From assembly GCA_048938445.1 (NCBI GenBank), contig JBHLME010000048.1, positions 1 through 31,056 on the forward strand: a stretch of DNA of 31,056 nucleotides, given 5' to 3'. This DNA comes from Promethearchaeota archaeon (lineage in GTDB: Archaea; Asgardarchaeota; Lokiarchaeia; Sigyniarchaeales; SOKP01). Within the stretch, counting starts at the first letter, position 1. Each line of letters starts with the position of its first letter. This document shows positions 27,514-31,056 of the stretch, piece by piece. The translations under genes were made by a program, and so were the position numbers. Below the pieces are notes generated by a model. The model worked only from the letters and a program-made list of their open reading frames with translations. It ran no database searches and was not told the origin of the DNA.

Positions 27514-28041
27514 TCAAGGAGAAGTTGTTGGAGATACTATAATATTCTCTTTTTCTTTTCTAACCTTCTTGAAGTATTGAATATACATGATTAGTCCAAT
27601 GATAAATGGTCCAATTTCCATAATTAAAAGTCCAATTATGATATCTATTTGAATGTTGAGCATTAATAATTGTGAATCATCAAATAGTAGCGGAATTCCA
27701 TTGCCTGTCATTGACCATCCAATTAAATCTATTACCCAATGACTAAAGACAACAATTCCAATAACTAAACTCAAGAAAATAATCATGTTTATTGATTTTT
27801 TATTTTTGATTTTTTGAGTTTTAATATTAAGGTATAAAAATATGATAATGGAAATGAACATTGATATTAAGGACCAAATTATTGCCATTATAAGTCCATG
27901 GGTTATCCACAAGGGTAAGGTCCAAAAAATCATTGCAGGAATATCTATTAGCATTGAACAAAATAAAAGCACCCAAAGCGGGATTTGTGGTGTAAATCGC
28001 TTAACTGCCAATGCAAATCCTAAATGACCAAAAAGACCCAT
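27514..28041 (-). CDS. Membrane-bound metal-dependent hydrolase (YdjM-like)
   Basis: N-terminal 'GHLG', 'MLIDI', 'THG', 'SHWVID' within hydrophobic helices. Confidence 0.7.
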   Translation of the reverse strand: MGLFGHLGFALAVKRFTPQIPLWVLLFCSMLIDIPAMIFWTLPLWITHGLIMAIIWSLISMFISIIIFLYLNIKTQKIKNKKSINMIIFLSLVIGIVVFSHWVIDLIGWSMTGNGIPLLFDDSQLLMLNIQIDIIIGLLIMEIGPFIIGLIMYIQYFKKVRKEKENIIVSPTTSP

Positions 28042-28245
28042 ATGAATTAATTATTTTATTTAATTAAAAAAATAATGTAGTCCAATTTTTGCATAAACGT
28101 TGAATATATAATCAACGGTAAAATATTTCTAATTCATCGTCTAAAAAATCTAAAAATAAAGCTAAAGATGTTACATTCACCAAAAAAAGGTTAAAGCAAT
28201 TTCTCCATTATTATCAAAAGATAAATCATCCTAGATAATTTTTTG

Positions 28246-29112
28246 TTAAATATTCTTTTTTCTTTGTTTAATTTTATTCCAGATATAACCATGACCATCA
28301 AGAAGAACAAAAATAGCAATCAAGTTAATTATGATGCAAAAAATGAGAAGATCTAAGTCTGTTGGAACGCGTCCGAATAATGCTTGAAGATTAATCACAA
28401 AATTATCCATCCACGGCCAAGTTCCAGGTAAAGGTTGACCATTTAAAAGGAAATAAAAAAAATCCTCAAGCGTGCTATATTGAACAAGCGTGCCTGCTAT
28501 AAAAATATTCCAACTCTCCCTTGGCGTGCCCCCTCCAAATTTCCAACCGATTGCAATAAATAAAAATACGAATGTCATCATTAAACCCCAAAAAAACAAG
28601 TAATATATTGTATTATCCATTGCAGGGTTCATCCATAATTCATCGATAGTTATATTGACCAGTATCGTTAACGGAACTACAATTATAGCGAATAAAATAA
28701 TTAATATAAGATATCTCATCTTATCTTTCTTGGGTTGGGGAACAAAAGCCGGAATCAAGCCAAATAAAGCCAATTGAAGAAATAAGAAGAATCCAGGAGG
28801 TTGTTCAAGAATTACGTAGAAAATAATTGGAATTCCATTAGCAATAGCATAAATGATGAGAGATGCTAAAAATAATTTCTTTTCTGATTCTCTTCTTTCT
28901 TTAAATTCATTCCCTGCAAGATGAATCATGATTATTGGAAAAATGATACCAAGGCTAGATAAACTTATTAACCAACCAAACCGGAAAACCATTCCAACGG
29001 TCGAGTTCATGGCTGCCCAATCTACCTTTGCGGTAAAAATGACTATTACGATAAAGATTCCAAATATGATCACTTTAGCCCATTTTTCATTAATTTTTTT
29101 GATCTTTAACAC
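28246..29112 (-). CDS. Uncharacterised polytopic membrane protein
   Basis: About 8 hydrophobic segments; C-terminal 'LEDFFYF...LPGTWPW'. The start codon is uncertain (GTG called). Confidence 0.65.
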   Translation of the reverse strand: MLKIKKINEKWAKVIIFGIFIVIVIFTAKVDWAAMNSTVGMVFRFGWLISLSSLGIIFPIIMIHLAGNEFKERRESEKKLFLASLIIYAIANGIPIIFYVILEQPPGFFLFLQLALFGLIPAFVPQPKKDKMRYLILIILFAIIVVPLTILVNITIDELWMNPAMDNTIYYLFFWGLMMTFVFLFIAIGWKFGGGTPRESWNIFIAGTLVQYSTLEDFFYFLLNGQPLPGTWPWMDNFVINLQALFGRVPTDLDLLIFCIIINLIAIFVLLDGHGYIWNKIKQRKKNI

Positions 29113-29378
29113 CTCATTATGTCAAGTTTAGATCGAGTTTTTGTTTTGTCTTATAAATCAAACAAAATATCTTTTAATTTTTTTAATCTCACCTTGATAC
29201 TAAATAATGTTCTGTTCCATTTTTAAACTTATTCTCATCAATGTCTATACTATTTTTTTATCTTTTTGAAATCAAATCTTTTCTAATTTTCTCGGATACT
29301 TCTTCATCGATACTCGACAAGTATGCTAAGGTTGAAAAAATAATCGGATTAATTTCATTCACGTAATTTCTTAAGTGA

Positions 29379-30491
29379 TTAATGAGTAATTAGTTCTTCT
29401 TCACGAATAGACAAATCCTTGAATGATACATTTTCATTAATGATTATTTCTTTTAAATAAACAGGTAGCATTTCAAATGACAAGTTCTTGTAATGTACTT
29501 TTTTAGTGTCCTTAAAAAATCTTCTATACCTATTTGCCTCATCTATGAAATTCGCATGTTCTGGAAGTTTTAGTTTATCATTCCTTATCCCTTTAATCTT
29601 ATCATTGGGAATATTTATGATCATGATTTCAGGAATGTTTTTAGAATTAATCATACTCTGTTTTAACAAGTATTTCACGTGCATGTCCATATCAGGAAAA
29701 GAATATCCGCAGAAAAATATGTGAGTTGTGTTTGTTAATACATTTATTGAGCTTCTTATCAATGTCTTCAGCTTGTGAGCTTTAAATTCCTTGAAGTACG
29801 TAGGAGGTATCAAGAAGATCTTGTTATAAGATCCTTTACATGGTTCTTTTCTTTGACAAGGATCTCTTAAAAACTCTACACTGGATAAAACCTTGTCTGG
29901 GAATACTTTTACAGAGCTACATTTACTACATTTCGCCCAATTTAATGAACCGTGAAGTTTGATTAATTTTAACCTTCCTCTCTCTCCTTCCTTCATGTCT
30001 GTATCTTTAACAATGGGTATCCCATAGTCAATGCTATAATGTTCATTTCTCATTTTATTATCAACTAATATGTCATAATTAGTGCTGATAAATGATGTTT
30101 TCTTAATTAAATTAAGAGAATCTAACTTTTTCAATAATATTTCATGAGAAGTTCCTCTTACTGACTTTAACTTGTATTCTAACATTCGTGCTAAAATAAG
30201 TGCAACAGTTCCATCAAGTTCTTGATATTTTTCTGGATTATTAGTCAATTTAATTTTTTGAAAAAAATAAATTAATCCAAAGATCTCTTCTAATGTTGGA
30301 AGAGGCTCCTCTCTGTTAAAATGTTCATCAAAAAAATCATTAAATTTTTGTGAATGACTTTCGCCCAAGTAAAATGGACTTAATTTGGTGAAATAGTAAT
30401 TTAATAACTCATTCTGGAGGAGAGAACCATCAGAATTGGATGCTCCTGCTCCAAGAAAAAAGACTATCTTTTGTTCTTTCATTTTTATCAA
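29379..30491 (-). CDS. SIR2-like (SIR2_2-type) NAD-binding protein with a Zn-finger insert
   Basis: 'VFFLGAGAS', 'STNYDIL', 'KLHGSLNW', CSKC...CQRKEPC, 'IPPTYFK', 'FCGYSFP.D'. Confidence 0.85.
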   Translation of the reverse strand: MIKMKEQKIVFFLGAGASNSDGSLLQNELLNYYFTKLSPFYLGESHSQKFNDFFDEHFNREEPLPTLEEIFGLIYFFQKIKLTNNPEKYQELDGTVALILARMLEYKLKSVRGTSHEILLKKLDSLNLIKKTSFISTNYDILVDNKMRNEHYSIDYGIPIVKDTDMKEGERGRLKLIKLHGSLNWAKCSKCSSVKVFPDKVLSSVEFLRDPCQRKEPCKGSYNKIFLIPPTYFKEFKAHKLKTLIRSSINVLTNTTHIFFCGYSFPDMDMHVKYLLKQSMINSKNIPEIMIINIPNDKIKGIRNDKLKLPEHANFIDEANRYRRFFKDTKKVHYKNLSFEMLPVYLKEIIINENVSFKDLSIREEELITH

Positions 30492-30702
30492 TTGGTTCTT
30501 TTACATTACGTTAAATCAATTTCTCTTATATATATTTTCATTAGAAAAGAAACTTGATAAAAAAAAGGATAAAAGTTCCATTGTTGATATCCAAAAAGAA
30601 AAATAAGAAGCTAAAAATTGAATAAAATATCAAAAACAACAAAAAAGAAAGATAATAACGAATTAAACTTAAACTTCAATTAAATTACTAATTTTAATTA
30701 AG

Positions 30703-31056
30703 TTATAGTAAGACTGATATCTCATTATAAAATTTCTTTAAATTTACTTGCATATTTTCATTAATCTTTATAATATCTGAACGATCTTTTTCTTGAAAGG
30801 AATTTATGTCTTTTAAATATAATGCCTTAAATGCACCTTCTATATTCTTAACTTTCTCAGCAAATTTCACGCATATCTCTTGAATATCTTCTTCCATTAA
30901 TGGAATTATAGGTTTATTTACCATTATAGTAATCATGAGCATTTCCTTATTACCACGCGCCCATTCAGAATTAATTTCAAAATAATAATTCAAGGTAGAA
31001 GGAATGACATTTGATAGATAGACGAAGAATTCCTTTTTTGTTGCTTCAGCCATATT
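30703..31056 (-). CDS. Longin/uDENN-like protein, 5'-truncated by the window edge; paralogue of the N-domain of 336..1346
   Basis: 'NYYFEINSEWARGNKEMLMITI' aligns with 'NTIFNMESKIARGGKDLIMISC'. The frame stays open to the window end. Confidence 0.65.
   Translation of the reverse strand, partial: NMAEATKKEFFVYLSNVIPSTLNYYFEINSEWARGNKEMLMITIMVNKPIIPLMEEDIQEICVKFAEKVKNIEGAFKALYLKDINSFQEKDRSDIIKINENMQVNLKKFYNEISVLL

Overview
This is an AT-rich (roughly 30% GC by eye), gene-dense prokaryotic chromosomal window, most consistent with an Asgard archaeon of the Lokiarchaeia type. That assignment is inferred from the roadblock, longin/uDENN-like, Arf/Rag-like and MglA-like GTPase genes, plus an archaeal-type DHPS and a TrmB-family regulator. 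Housekeeping genes are gatA-gatB (no adjacent gatC), cofE-like divergent from folP, gyrB-gyrA and a metallophosphoesterase. Several local paralogue expansions sit between them: three DUF998/Frag1-like membrane proteins, three short PH-like proteins and two longin/uDENN-like genes. The most striking structure is a tandemly duplicated two-gene module, a 7-TM protein translationally coupled to a 90-aa helical partner, directly upstream of a Rag/Arf-like GTPase; it is a candidate receptor-transducer system. An ARPP-1-like gene and a stand-alone SIR2-like gene lie near the right end. I saw no rRNA, tRNA, CRISPR array or transposase. All family calls come from motif recognition by eye, not from database searches.
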